A stretch of DNA of 64,000 nt from Patescibacteria group bacterium (GTDB lineage: Bacteria > Patescibacteriota > Microgenomatia > CAYGWK01). The stretch is taken from NCBI GenBank assembly GCA_049322615.1, contig JBMORX010000003.1, forward strand, positions 3,328-67,327. The letters run 5' to 3'. The notes under the pieces were generated by a model. It was not told the DNA's origin, searched no databases, and saw only the letters and a program-made list of their open reading frames with translations. Every line of letters begins with the position of its first letter. Within the stretch, counting starts at the first letter, position 1. Positions 17,455 through 26,207 of this stretch are shown here, one piece after another. A program made the position numbers and the translations under genes.

Positions 17455-17471
17455 ATCGCGTTTAACGCGAT
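17455..17471. promoter_or_regulatory. Perfect 17-bp palindrome ATCGCGTTTAACGCGAT 13 nt upstream of the secA start codon
   Basis: I read it directly. It could form an RNA hairpin in the secA leader or act as an operator. Confidence 0.35.
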
Positions 17472-17656
17472 TATACCTCTTTAGCCACTAAAAAACCAGC
17501 GCTTTGAGGCTGATTTTTTAGGTTTGAAGATCTTCAATCTGCTTATCTTCTCTTCTTTCTTCTTTTGCGTGCCATGGACAGCTCACCTTCCTTTCATTTT
17601 CAATCATGAAATAATAATTTTGGTTTTGTCAAGAAAAATAACTTGCCTTAAAAATG

Positions 17657-18370
17657 CTATTTTGTATCAATATTTTGGCACAAAAACAATTTATTTGTTT
17701 CCACAATTTTAGCCTCAATTTTTGAGAAATATTTTTTTAATTTTTCCAAAAATTTATCGGTTTTTTCTTTTTTTTCTGAATAATATAATCGGTTAAAAAT
17801 TACTATTCCATCTGGAACGAGAATTTTTTTAATATTCTGAAGAAATTCATTATTCTCGGTTTCAGGCAAAACCTGGTCTCCTTTGTACAAATCCACAAGA
17901 ATCAATTGAAATCGTCTGCTACCATGACCTGCCTCGCCGCAAGGCGGGTATAAATCATTAGAGCAACTTCTTAACCAATTGATTGCGTCTTCATTAAGAA
18001 TTCTTAAATTCTTCGCTTCGCCAAGTCCGAAATATCTTTTCCCAAGTCTTATTATCTCCGGATCAATCTCGATCCCTAAAATCTTCGCCCTTCGCCCTTC
18101 GCCCTTCGCCAAAACCTTTGCCGCATTTCCTGCTCCTAATCCCAGAATTAAACAATTCCTAATTACTAATTTCCAATTACTAATTACTTTTATTGCCGCT
18201 TCCCAAATCTTCTCAACCGCTTCTCCTGATTGCGTCAGTCCCCCAACCACCAATCTTCTCTTGCCAAAAATATCCTCCAAAACCTGAATTTTCCCATTAA
18301 TGACCGACTCGGTTTCCTCCAAAACCACATATCCGCGAAAAAATTTTTGAAGAACTTTTTTTACTTCCAT
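17657..18370 (-). CDS. Class I SAM-dependent methyltransferase, spermidine synthase-like fold
   Basis: The segment ILGLGAGNAAKVL...ILGIEIDPEIIRLGKRYF is typical of the spermidine synthase/MTase family. It contains a CTTCGCC x4 heptamer repeat. Confidence 0.55.
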   Translation of the reverse strand: MEVKKVLQKFFRGYVVLEETESVINGKIQVLEDIFGKRRLVVGGLTQSGEAVEKIWEAAIKVISNWKLVIRNCLILGLGAGNAAKVLAKGEGRRAKILGIEIDPEIIRLGKRYFGLGEAKNLRILNEDAINWLRSCSNDLYPPCGEAGHGSRRFQLILVDLYKGDQVLPETENNEFLQNIKKILVPDGIVIFNRLYYSEKKEKTDKFLEKLKKYFSKIEAKIVETNKLFLCQNIDTK

Positions 18371-18407
18371 TTCTCTATTTGCTATTTACAATTTACTATT
18401 TACTATT

Positions 18408-20339
18408 CTATTGGTAGGCTTTTGCTTGAAGAGTAAAGAGCTGGGCATAAGTTCCTCCAAGTTTCATCAATTCTTGATGCGTTCCTTGTTCAATAATTTT
18501 TCCTTTCTCTAAAACGATAATTCTCTTCGCCCGCCGGACCGTGGAAAAACGATGGGAAATTAAAATGAGATTTTTTCCTTTTACCAACTGAGATATTTTC
18601 CCAAAAATTTCCTCTTCGGCTTTGGCATCAACATTCGAGGTTGGCTCATCCAAAACTAAAATCTCACTATCGCGCAAAAGAATCCTCGCTAACCCAATTC
18701 TTTGCCACTGACCAAACGAGGGTTCAACTCCTTTCTCAAAATCACGAGCTAGGGGATTTTCGTATTTTAATGGGAGTGAAGCAATATAGGGATGAATGGC
18801 GGTCTTTCGGGCAAAATCTTGAATTTCTGGAAGGTTTTCCACCTTCTCAATTTTTCCGTAACCAACTGACTCGCGGGCGGTAAAGGGATAGGTTTCAAAA
18901 TCTTGGAATAAAACTCCTAATTTTTGCCACCATTGGTCTCTTTTGAAATCTCTCAAATTCTTCCCATTAACCAAAATCTCTCCTCGCTGAGGGTCGTAAA
19001 ACCGGCATAAAAGTTTAATTAAGGTGCTCTTCCCTGCCCCATTTTCTCCAACAACCGCTAACCGATCACCAGAGGAGAGTTTCAAGTTGATCTCTTTAAG
19101 AACCCATGGTTGGGTGTTTGGGTACTTAAACCAGACATTTCTAAATTCAATATTTTCTATTTTGCGAGGAGGCTTATGGGTGCCTGAAACAAGCTTGGGC
19201 TTAAGATCTAAAAACCAAACTAAATCAGCAATATAAATATAATTTTCATAAAAATCTACAAGATTTCTCAACAAACCTGAAAAGCTGTAGCGAAACGAGT
19301 TCGTGGCGCTGATATAAAATTGCATTGAACCAACAGTAATCCTTTGAAGAATAGCTAAAATCACCAAATAAACTTCAAAGGCAAAATAAAAAATATTTTG
19401 CGGTAAGGAGGCTAACAGACCAGAACTTTCTTTCTCTTTCTGAATCGCTGTCTGACTTTCAAAAATTTCTTTCTGAAGTCCATAAATTCTTTGTAAAAAA
19501 TAAGGAGCCAGTCTTAAAATTCTCATTTCCAAATAGCTCCTGGCCCTGACAAGATACCAAGAAAGCCAGCCCCGAAGCCGGTATTTGGGACTGATCTGGT
19601 CGCTCCAAGCATATTCTTTTTTGACAAATTTAGCATCAATCCAAAATTGAGGAAAGACAAAAAGGACAATTATCACCACTACCCAAGGCCTAAAACTGAG
19701 CAAAATTAAAAAGGCAACCAGAAGACCAGAGAGGTTTTCAGGAATGCGGGTAAAAGACATCATTGATCCCCAGATTCTACCGTAAATTTCCCTCTCAAGT
19801 TTATTCAGTTTGTCCTTAAATTCTGGATTTTCCAGAGTTTCCACATCTAGAGAGGAATTTTGCTCAGCCAAAAGCAATTCCAAATGGGCATCAAAAACGC
19901 GAGAAAGATAAAATTGCAAAAAGGAAGAAACCCTACTCAAAAGATCTCTGGCGAATTCTAATATTGTTCGCAGTAAAATAAGCAAAACTAAGCCGGATAA
20001 AGCCTGTTGCCAAAGCGGATTGCCAATATTGGCAATCACTTTATCGATAATCAACTTGTTCAACCACGCAAGAGGGGCAAAGAAAACACCAGCAAGAATA
20101 TTCACCAACAAAATGGTAACTAAGAATCCCGGTTGAATTTTCCAGACAAGCTTTACAATCGTAGAAAATGTAAACCAAATCTGCCTAAATCTCCCAATGA
20201 CAACCTGTGGGGAGTAAGAAGATTTCATCCCTTTGATTTTATCCTTTCGGGGAGATCTTTTCAAAACCAGTATATTTTTGAAGAGTTTTTGGCACCAAAA
20301 CCGACCCGTCTTTTTGTTGATAGTTTTCCAAAATAGCAA
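18408..20339 (-). CDS. ABC transporter, fused permease/ATPase (exporter type)
   Basis: It has six N-terminal TM helices, then Walker A (GENGAGKSTLIKLL), a degenerate signature and Walker B (ILVLDEPTSNVD). The tracked start overlaps serS by 100 nt, so the true start is probably internal. Confidence 0.7.
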   Translation of the reverse strand: MLFWKTINKKTGRFWCQKLFKNILVLKRSPRKDKIKGMKSSYSPQVVIGRFRQIWFTFSTIVKLVWKIQPGFLVTILLVNILAGVFFAPLAWLNKLIIDKVIANIGNPLWQQALSGLVLLILLRTILEFARDLLSRVSSFLQFYLSRVFDAHLELLLAEQNSSLDVETLENPEFKDKLNKLEREIYGRIWGSMMSFTRIPENLSGLLVAFLILLSFRPWVVVIIVLFVFPQFWIDAKFVKKEYAWSDQISPKYRLRGWLSWYLVRARSYLEMRILRLAPYFLQRIYGLQKEIFESQTAIQKEKESSGLLASLPQNIFYFAFEVYLVILAILQRITVGSMQFYISATNSFRYSFSGLLRNLVDFYENYIYIADLVWFLDLKPKLVSGTHKPPRKIENIEFRNVWFKYPNTQPWVLKEINLKLSSGDRLAVVGENGAGKSTLIKLLCRFYDPQRGEILVNGKNLRDFKRDQWWQKLGVLFQDFETYPFTARESVGYGKIEKVENLPEIQDFARKTAIHPYIASLPLKYENPLARDFEKGVEPSFGQWQRIGLARILLRDSEILVLDEPTSNVDAKAEEEIFGKISQLVKGKNLILISHRFSTVRRAKRIIVLEKGKIIEQGTHQELMKLGGTYAQLFTLQAKAYQ

Positions 20340-21492
20340 TTAGAGTTCTACCAATGGCAAAAGCGGTTCCATTAAGGGTATGAACAAATTCTGTTGTCTG
20401 TTGTCTGTTGTCTGTTGTCTTATAACGAATATTTAATCTCCTTGCCTGAAAATCGGTGCAAGTCGAAGTCGAGTGGGTTTCGCGGTATTTCTCTTGCGAA
20501 GGAATCCAGCATTCAATATCATATTTTCTGGCGGCTGGAGCCCCTAAGTCTCCGGTGCACATTTTAACCACCCGATAAGGCACTTCAATTAATTGAACTA
20601 GCTTTTCTTCAAGTGAGAGGAGATATTCATGTTCTCTGTCGCCCTGATCGGGTTTGGTGAAAGAAAACATTTCCACCTTGTCAAACTGATGGACACGCAA
20701 AATTCCCCTGGTATCTTTGCCATAAGCACCGGCTTCTCTCCGAAAACAAGAGGAAAATCCCAGATAGCGCCTTGGTAAATCTTTTTCTTCAAATACTTCA
20801 CCCTGATGCATTGGACCAATCGATTGCTCCGAAGTTCCAACCAAAACCAATCCGTCGTTTTCCAAAATATACATATCCTCCTTGCCACCATGCTCTAAAT
20901 ATCCCATCCCTCTCATCGTCTCTTTCTTAATCATAACCGTGGGGACAACCGGAATAAACCCCTCTTTAACTAAAGTCTCAAAAGCCAGCTGAACAAGAGC
21001 GAATTCTAAAATTGCTCCTTCGTTTTTTAAATATCCAAATCTTGAGCCGGAAACTTTTCCCGCTCTTTTAACATCAATAATGTCTAACAATTCACCTAAT
21101 TCCAGGTGATCTTTTGGTTTAAAACCAAACTCTTTGGGTTCTCCCCAACTTCTAATGACTTTATTTTCGGATTCATCTTTACCGAACGAAACATCGGGCG
21201 CGGGAAAATTTGGGACTTGAAGCATTAACTCTTGAAATTCTTCTTCTGCTTTCCGCAATTCTTGTTCCACCAGCTTTAATCTCTCTTTAAGTTTTTTTGC
21301 TTCGGGAGTTCCTTTCCCAATTTTGGCTAATTTGTTCCGCTTGGCCCGAAGCATCTCCGCTTCCTCCTGAATTTCTCTTTTTTTCCTATCCGCTAACAGA
21401 ACTTTATCGACAATCTTTGAATCGTATCCTTTTGCAACAATTCCAACTTTTACTTTTTCCGGATTTTCCCTGATAAGATTAATATCTAACAT
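20239..21492 (-). CDS. serS: Seryl-tRNA synthetase
   Basis: It has an N-terminal coiled-coil arm and class II motifs (FRREAGAYGKDTRGILRVHQFDKVE, TLNGTAFAIGRTLIAILENYQ). Confidence 0.9.
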   Translation of the reverse strand: MLDINLIRENPEKVKVGIVAKGYDSKIVDKVLLADRKKREIQEEAEMLRAKRNKLAKIGKGTPEAKKLKERLKLVEQELRKAEEEFQELMLQVPNFPAPDVSFGKDESENKVIRSWGEPKEFGFKPKDHLELGELLDIIDVKRAGKVSGSRFGYLKNEGAILEFALVQLAFETLVKEGFIPVVPTVMIKKETMRGMGYLEHGGKEDMYILENDGLVLVGTSEQSIGPMHQGEVFEEKDLPRRYLGFSSCFRREAGAYGKDTRGILRVHQFDKVEMFSFTKPDQGDREHEYLLSLEEKLVQLIEVPYRVVKMCTGDLGAPAARKYDIECWIPSQEKYRETHSTSTCTDFQARRLNIRYKTTDNRQQTTEFVHTLNGTAFAIGRTLIAILENYQQKDGSVLVPKTLQKYTGFEKISPKG

Positions 21493-22055
21493 AGACCTAG
21501 TTCTCCACTAATTATTTGCATCGCCTCAAGTGTTATTTTAACAAATTCCGGCAGGGGAATCCCAAGTTTTTCTTCGCACATGGCGATTTGTTCTCTTTTA
21601 ACTGCCGCAGCAAAGGCTTTTTGAGGAAACTTTTTAACCACGGATTCCACCGAAACCGAAGATAATTTTTTATCTGGCATCACTAAGGCAACGGCGACAA
21701 TAAAACCAGTTAACTCATCACAACAATATAGCGACCATTCTAAATTATTTTTAGGCGCATTCTCGCCTGTGTGTCCGAAGTTATGCGACAAGACAGCCGA
21801 GATAATTTCTGAATCCGTTTCTCCAGCATTTTTCAACCACTCCACTGTCAATAAAGTGTGCTTTTCTGGATTATCTTTCGTTTTCTCGTAATCAGCGTCA
21901 TGGAGTAATCCCACCAATCCCCATTTTTCTTCATCCTCTCCAAATTTACGGGCTAAAGCCCTCATCGCCGATTCCACTGCATAACAATGTCTCCGCAGAT
22001 TCTGATTCCGCATATTGTTATGAAGAATTTCTAAGGCTTTTTCGCGAGAAATCAT
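21486..22055 (-). CDS. HD domain phosphohydrolase
   Basis: It has the H...HD motif (HCYAVESAMRALA...LLHDADY). Confidence 0.6.
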   Translation of the reverse strand: MISREKALEILHNNMRNQNLRRHCYAVESAMRALARKFGEDEEKWGLVGLLHDADYEKTKDNPEKHTLLTVEWLKNAGETDSEIISAVLSHNFGHTGENAPKNNLEWSLYCCDELTGFIVAVALVMPDKKLSSVSVESVVKKFPQKAFAAAVKREQIAMCEEKLGIPLPEFVKITLEAMQIISGELGLC

Positions 22056-22594
22056 TTTTTTCTCCTTTCTTCTAATCTTCTCCTAAATAATTTTTCGGTA
22101 TAACCGCCTTCTTTGACAAATTTTTCCTCCAGGGCTTTGATTTGTTTATTTAAAAGAAAACTCTGTTGATGGGCTAGGGTCAAAAGGAAGTTTGCCGCTT
22201 CTTCGGGGTCTTTGGGGAGTTTTGGGATATTCGGGGAATTTGGGGACTTTTTAAAATCCCAAAAGACCCTAAACGCCCTAAGTTCCCTAACTTTAGGATG
22301 ATTTTTGTCCAAAACAGCCAGTTTTCTTTGCCTTAAAAAATCCAAGAAATCTTCTATCAATTCTTCTAAAGATGCTAAAGAAACTCCAAGAAGTTTAATG
22401 TAACCTTTCAAACTTCTCTCCAGATAACCCTCGGCAATATTCTGTTTATGACTTCTGGCAGCCTGAACCATTTGTTCCCTGGTTCTTCGATATTCAAATC
22501 CAGGCATAAAATTCTCGCAAAATTCTCCGTTCAAATCATAAATCACCACTGCCATTTGATAAGTCTTAAGATATTTATAGCCAACTTCGGTCAT
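22052..22594 (-). CDS. Four-helix-bundle protein of the S23-rRNA-intervening-sequence/bAvd-like family with a C-terminal coiled-coil extension
   Basis: The N-terminal part (YKYLKTYQMAVVIYDL...NIAEGYLERSLKGYIKLLGVSLASLEEL) resembles the four-helix-bundle (Avd-like) family. No reverse transcriptase is nearby. Confidence 0.45.
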   Translation of the reverse strand: MTEVGYKYLKTYQMAVVIYDLNGEFCENFMPGFEYRRTREQMVQAARSHKQNIAEGYLERSLKGYIKLLGVSLASLEELIEDFLDFLRQRKLAVLDKNHPKVRELRAFRVFWDFKKSPNSPNIPKLPKDPEEAANFLLTLAHQQSFLLNKQIKALEEKFVKEGGYTEKLFRRRLEERRKK

Positions 22595-22606
22595 TTATTA
22601 AGAACC

Positions 22607-24097
22607 TCATTTTCCCGGTCTTAGCGTTGGAAATAAAATCACGTCGCGGATCGAAGGCATATCGGTTAAGATCATGACTAATCTGTCAATACAGGGTCCG
22701 ATTCCCGAAGTTGGCGGCATACCATACTCCATTGCCTCAATAAAATCTTGGTCAACCTGATGGGCCTCTTCATCTCCCAACCTTTCTTTTTTCCGTTCGT
22801 CTTTAAACCTTTCGGCAAGCTCAAGGGGGTCATTAAGCTCATTATAATTATTAGAACATTCCATGCCGGCGATATAATGTTCAACTCGCTCAACAAAACG
22901 CGGATCATCCGGAACTTTTTTCGCCAGCGGCGAAGTTTCAATTGGATAATTATAAACAAAGGTCGGTTGAATTAAACCCCTCTCCGCTTTTTCTTCAAAA
23001 ATAGTTGCCAAAATCAAGCCTATGGCACTTGCGGTGTATTTATTCAGTTCAATTTTTAAATCTTGGGCAATCTTTTTAGCCTTTTCTAGACTTTTAATTT
23101 TAGAAAAATCAATATTAGTCGCTTTTTTGACTGCCTCAACCATGGTAATTCTTTTCCAGGGAGCTTTAAAATCAATTTCTTTCCCTTGAAAAATGACTTT
23201 TGTGCCACCGGTCAATTCTTTGACCACATATTGCGTCATTTCTTCAATCAATTTCATATTTTCTTGATAATCAATATAGGCTTCCATCGTCTCCAAGATG
23301 GTAAACTCGGGATTGTGCTGACGGTCTATCCCCTCATTTCGAAACACCTTGTTGACTTCAAAAACTTTTTCAAAACCGCCAACAATCAGACGCTTTAGAT
23401 AAAGTTCAGTCGAAATCCGTAAATAAAGAGGAATCCCCAAAGCATTATGATAAGTTTTAAACGGTCTAGCCAGAGCGCCCCCATAAAGCGGATGAAGAAT
23501 CGGGGTTTCCACCTCATAATATCCTCTGTCGGTGAGAAATTTTCGATGAAGAGCAATTATCTTGGATCTTGTCTCAAAAACCTTTTTCACCTGGGGATTC
23601 ATAATTAAATCCAGGTATCTTTTGCGGTAGCGTTCCTCAACATCTTTTAATCCGTGCCATTTTGAGGGTAACGGACGAAGCGATTTTGTCAGAAGGGTAT
23701 ATTCTGAAACTTGAACTGTTATTTCCCCAGCTTGGGTCTTAAAAACTTCTCCCTCAACCCCTAAAAAATCTCCAATATCTAAAAGTTTTAAGAAATCATA
23801 TTTTTTTTCACCCAATTTGTCTCGCCTAAAAAATATTTGGATTTTTCCTGATTCATCCCTTAAGTCAGCAAAGATGGAACCGCCGTGTTCCCGCCAAGAA
23901 ACAATTCGGCCAGCAACTGAAACTTTCTTGTTTAGCATCTTTAGGGCTTGAGATGTTGTTTGTTCTCGCTGATAACGGGCAGGAAAAGGATCAATCCCTA
24001 AAGACTTTATTTTTTGAAGTTTTTCCAAACGGCTGGCTCTGATGTTTTCTAATCTTTTCGCCATACTAAAAGGAAGTTTACCACAAAGAGAAGCCAA
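22607..24097 (-). CDS. lysS: Lysyl-tRNA synthetase, class II
   Basis: It has an OB-fold anticodon-binding N-terminus and class II motifs (FRNEGIDRQHNPEFTILE, GIDRLVMILT). Confidence 0.9.
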   Translation of the reverse strand: MASLCGKLPFSMAKRLENIRASRLEKLQKIKSLGIDPFPARYQREQTTSQALKMLNKKVSVAGRIVSWREHGGSIFADLRDESGKIQIFFRRDKLGEKKYDFLKLLDIGDFLGVEGEVFKTQAGEITVQVSEYTLLTKSLRPLPSKWHGLKDVEERYRKRYLDLIMNPQVKKVFETRSKIIALHRKFLTDRGYYEVETPILHPLYGGALARPFKTYHNALGIPLYLRISTELYLKRLIVGGFEKVFEVNKVFRNEGIDRQHNPEFTILETMEAYIDYQENMKLIEEMTQYVVKELTGGTKVIFQGKEIDFKAPWKRITMVEAVKKATNIDFSKIKSLEKAKKIAQDLKIELNKYTASAIGLILATIFEEKAERGLIQPTFVYNYPIETSPLAKKVPDDPRFVERVEHYIAGMECSNNYNELNDPLELAERFKDERKKERLGDEEAHQVDQDFIEAMEYGMPPTSGIGPCIDRLVMILTDMPSIRDVILFPTLRPGK

Positions 24098-24111
24098 ACC
24101 TCAAGGAGAAT

Positions 24112-24579
24112 TCATTCAATCTCAAGGATAGTGTAGATTAATTTTCCCGCCGGGGCCTCAACTTCGACCTTGTCGCCAACTTTTTTGCCTAAAAGGGCGC
24201 GGCCAAGAGGTGATTCGTGAGAAATTTTCTGATTGAGCGGATCTGCTTCCCATTCACCAACCAAATGAAAAACTCCTTTTTTTCCATGAATTTCAACCGT
24301 CACCCTACAGCCAAGACCAACTTGCTTATGTCCACCTTTATCTTCGGAAATTAAAACTGCTTTTCCTAACACTTCCTCAAGCTCGGTAATTCGACCATCA
24401 ATAAAAGACAGGTCTTGCTTTGCCTGGGTATAATCACTATTTTCCACTAGTTCTCCGACGACTCGGGTAGCGGCTAGTCTTTCAACCGCTGTCGGTCGCC
24501 TCACCTTAGTTAAGGATTCGTATTCTTTTTTGAGATTTTCTAAACCCTCGCGGGTTAGATATACTTTGTCTTCGTCCAT
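24112..24579 (-). CDS. greA: Transcription elongation factor GreA (start moved to the internal Met MDEDKVYLTREG)
   Basis: It has a coiled-coil N-terminus and a C-terminal FKBP-like Gre domain. The upstream 86 codons of the tracked ORF run through a GC-rich non-coding hairpin and are unlikely to be coding. Confidence 0.7.
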   Translation of the reverse strand: MDEDKVYLTREGLENLKKEYESLTKVRRPTAVERLAATRVVGELVENSDYTQAKQDLSFIDGRITELEEVLGKAVLISEDKGGHKQVGLGCRVTVEIHGKKGVFHLVGEWEADPLNQKISHESPLGRALLGKKVGDKVEVEAPAGKLIYTILEIE

Positions 24580-24689
24580 AGTTCTTAAACAAAAAATCAC
24601 CTTTTGGGTGGATTTTGGGCAAAAGAAGTTTTTCTCTATTTCGGCATCATACAACGAAGAAAAAGGTTTGTCAAGGGGCGTAAAATCCG

Positions 24690-24850
24690 CCTTAGGCGGA
24701 TTAACGCCCCGCAGACCCCGTACACGCGCTCCTGCGACGCCCGCCTGCAACTGCGTAGCTGTTGGCGGGGGAGCAGGTAAGCGTTGTAGCGGGGTCAAAC
24801 CCTGGCGCACACTTCTAAAATCGCTCCGCAGCACCAAAGAAATCTTCCGG
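24690..24850. other. GC-rich (~65 percent) ~160-nt segment forming a long nested hairpin, between tRNA-Glu and greA; candidate structured RNA or remnant of foreign DNA
   Basis: There is a UCCGCC-UUA-GGCGGA hairpin. CGCCCCGC pairs with GCGGGGU, CGCGCUCCUGC with GCAGGUAAGCG, and GCCCGCC with GGCGGGG. The GC content contrasts sharply with the flanking sequence. Confidence 0.4.
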
Positions 24851-24968
24851 ACACAATTTCAAGCGGTCGCATAAATTTGTGTCCCTGTATCATTGTACTA
24901 TTACAATAGTACAAAACTGCGATAATCAAATCGCCAAACTCCAGGAGGTGAATAGGTTCACATCTAAG

Positions 24969-25041
24969 TGACCCTGCCCGGATTCGAACCGGGGTTTGTA
25001 GGATGAGAACCTACTATCCTAAGCCGCTAGATGACAGGGCC
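24969..25041 (-). tRNA. tRNA-Glu (anticodon CUC)
   Basis: I folded it manually. The acceptor is GGCCCUG/CAGGGUC, the anticodon stem is GUAGG/CCUAC with loop UUCUCAU, the T-arm is CCCGG-UUCGAAU-CCGGG, and the D-arm is AUCUAGCGGCUUAGGAU. CCA is not encoded. Confidence 0.8.
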
Positions 25042-25107
25042 ACGTCAAACTGAATTTTACCTCATTTTTCTTCTGAAGACAAGATTTGATGATATAATTT
25101 CCTTATC

Positions 25108-26190
25108 ATGACTTTTGATGAAAAACTTCCGGATCTATTTTTTGATGAGGAATTAAGAATAGATTTTAGCTTAACAGAACATGGGGAAGCGGCTGAGATT
25201 TTGAAAAAGAAAGGTTTTGGGGTAGTGTTGGCAATGAATATTGAGCAGGCACCAGAAGTATTTGCTAAAATTTTTAATACTTATACTTCTCATAATATTA
25301 AAGTTATTGGCTGGCCGCTGGTAGGAGATGATAAGGGATATTGGCCGAACAAAGAAAATTTTGATTATTTTTCTCAAAAGTTAATTAAGTATCTTAAAGA
25401 ACTTAAACAACAAGGAATAATCTTAGATTGGTTATGCCTGGATGTAGAACCAACACTTTTTTCTCAAAAGCAAATTATGGAAGTGCATTTTGGTTTTGTG
25501 AACTATTTTATCCGGGCAGTGCGGAGAGCCTTAACTTTAAAAGAGTTCTCAAGTTTTTATCAAAAAATCGGCTCATTGTTAGATAGTCTACATAGTCAAG
25601 GATGCAAAGTGATACTTGTTACTCCGCTTTTAGTAACCGACGATCTAGTATTTAAGGGCAGTGTTTGGCAGAAAGCAAACCATTCGGCAGTAATTTCTCC
25701 AGAAACACAAAAACTTTTACCATTCGATGCAATTCTTTTTATGCTTTTCCCAAGTGAATATGTTGATTACGCCCATTTATTATTTGGAAAGAAGATTGCC
25801 CAAAATTTATTCTTTAAAACTCTTGAAAGTTATGTGGTTGATACTTACTATTGGGCTAAAGAGCGAAATTTCGAGGGACAAATTTTCTTCCAAACAGGGC
25901 TCTTGGGGGAAACTGGTAAAAGAGGACGAGAGCCGATCTTTGAGAAACCAGAGGATTTTTACCCTTATGCTATTCAGTTAAATGCTCTAGCTCAAAAATT
26001 TGGCTTTGGCAGAGCTTACTATAGTTTAGAAGGAGTGACAAAAAATGGACAGCTCAAAGAGTGGCTAGAGGCCGTGCAAAGTAAAAATGAAACATTAGAA
26101 ATGGTAACTCATAGTAGCAAATTCACAAAACTTGTGCGCAAAATGATCTATAATCTCGCCTGCATTGCTTTAAGAGTGACTGGAAAGTAA
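25108..26190 (+). CDS. Hypothetical protein (360 aa), possibly TIM-barrel hydrolase-like
   Basis: There is no clear motif. It is one of the few plus-strand genes. Confidence 0.45.
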   Translation: MTFDEKLPDLFFDEELRIDFSLTEHGEAAEILKKKGFGVVLAMNIEQAPEVFAKIFNTYTSHNIKVIGWPLVGDDKGYWPNKENFDYFSQKLIKYLKELKQQGIILDWLCLDVEPTLFSQKQIMEVHFGFVNYFIRAVRRALTLKEFSSFYQKIGSLLDSLHSQGCKVILVTPLLVTDDLVFKGSVWQKANHSAVISPETQKLLPFDAILFMLFPSEYVDYAHLLFGKKIAQNLFFKTLESYVVDTYYWAKERNFEGQIFFQTGLLGETGKRGREPIFEKPEDFYPYAIQLNALAQKFGFGRAYYSLEGVTKNGQLKEWLEAVQSKNETLEMVTHSSKFTKLVRKMIYNLACIALRVTGK

Positions 26191-26207
26191 CACCTGAAAA
26201 CAAGATT

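Noticed and set aside
24690-24850. The GC-rich rod as SRP (4.5S) RNA
   Set aside because: A long hairpin is present, but I could not find the GNRA tetraloop closed by a C-G pair or the conserved domain IV asymmetric-loop sequence (AGGUCAGG / GGAAGCAGC) on either strand.
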